Assembly: GCA_050613775.1 (NCBI GenBank)
Contig: JBODTK010000015.1
Coordinates: 62,001 to 126,000, forward strand
Length of the DNA: 64,000 bases
Source of the DNA: Neocallimastix sp. 'constans'
Lineage: Eukaryota
Reading direction: 5' to 3'
This document shows, piece after piece, positions 63,379 to 64,000 of the stretch (its first letter is position 1; every line of letters begins with the position of its first letter). Position numbers and translations under genes: made by a program. A model generated the notes under the pieces. That model worked only from the letters and a program-made list of their open reading frames with translations, made no database searches and was not told the DNA's origin.

Positions 63379-64000
63379 CTTACTATTTTAATTAATACTG
63401 CACTAAAGATATATTCAATTATAATTTACATTTTTTGTATTCTATGATAAATAATTATATCAAACTAAAATTTCTATTTCTTTAAATAAATATCCAAATC
63501 TTTACAGTTATATTGTTTTTTTTATAATGAAAAATAAAAAAAAAAAAAAAAAAAAAAAAACGAACAGTTATATTTAATAAAATTATATATTTAATTACAA
63601 TAAATACAAAAACAATTCAAAAATTCAGTAGGAATCAATATTTGAAATCAACAATTTTTCTTTGAAATCAAAAACCTTATTTATATAATAATTAAACAGT
63701 TGAAAATAATCAACTTTTTCCTTATTTTACAGTTAATAATATTCTCTATAAGAGTTATAATTAAAATTTTAAAATTTATATAGTTATTAAATTAATACTA
63801 GTTAAAATTTAATAATAAAGTATAATTTTATTATATTTATAATTTAAAATTCAACAATATCTTATTGGAACTGATCTAATATTATATAGAGAGGGACGCT
63901 TTTCTTATAGAATTATTTTGTGTTGAAATGATAATTATGATAAGGACGCTTTCATAATTATTAACGTTAAAAATATATTAAATTGAATATTATAAAATAT

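Overview
An extremely AT-rich eukaryotic window with no recognisable host protein gene. The composition and element types are compatible with an anaerobic gut fungus (Neocallimastigomycota), but that is inference only. The window holds three copies of an elongator tRNA-Met gene (one intact, two mutated), each with a homologous 0.7-0.9 kb downstream flank, plus Ty3/Gypsy (Metaviridae) LTR retrotransposons: five with gag/pol coding sequence, a few deleted or truncated ones, and more than 20 solo or partial LTRs from many families. Many LTRs sit end to end, separated only by a shared 4-5 bp target-site duplication (TTCG, TCAA, GCTT, CAATG). The stacks begin 11-15 bp upstream of the tRNA genes. 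This suggests a tandem tRNA-Met array whose Pol III start regions were repeatedly hit by two lineages. One lineage is tRNA-primed, uses -1 frameshifting and makes 4-bp TSDs. The other is Tf1-like, self-priming and makes 5-bp TSDs. One Tf1-like element with an intact ORF has a perfect 132-bp fold-back palindrome in place of its 5' LTR. All comparisons were made by eye, so boundaries of the older solo LTRs are approximate.
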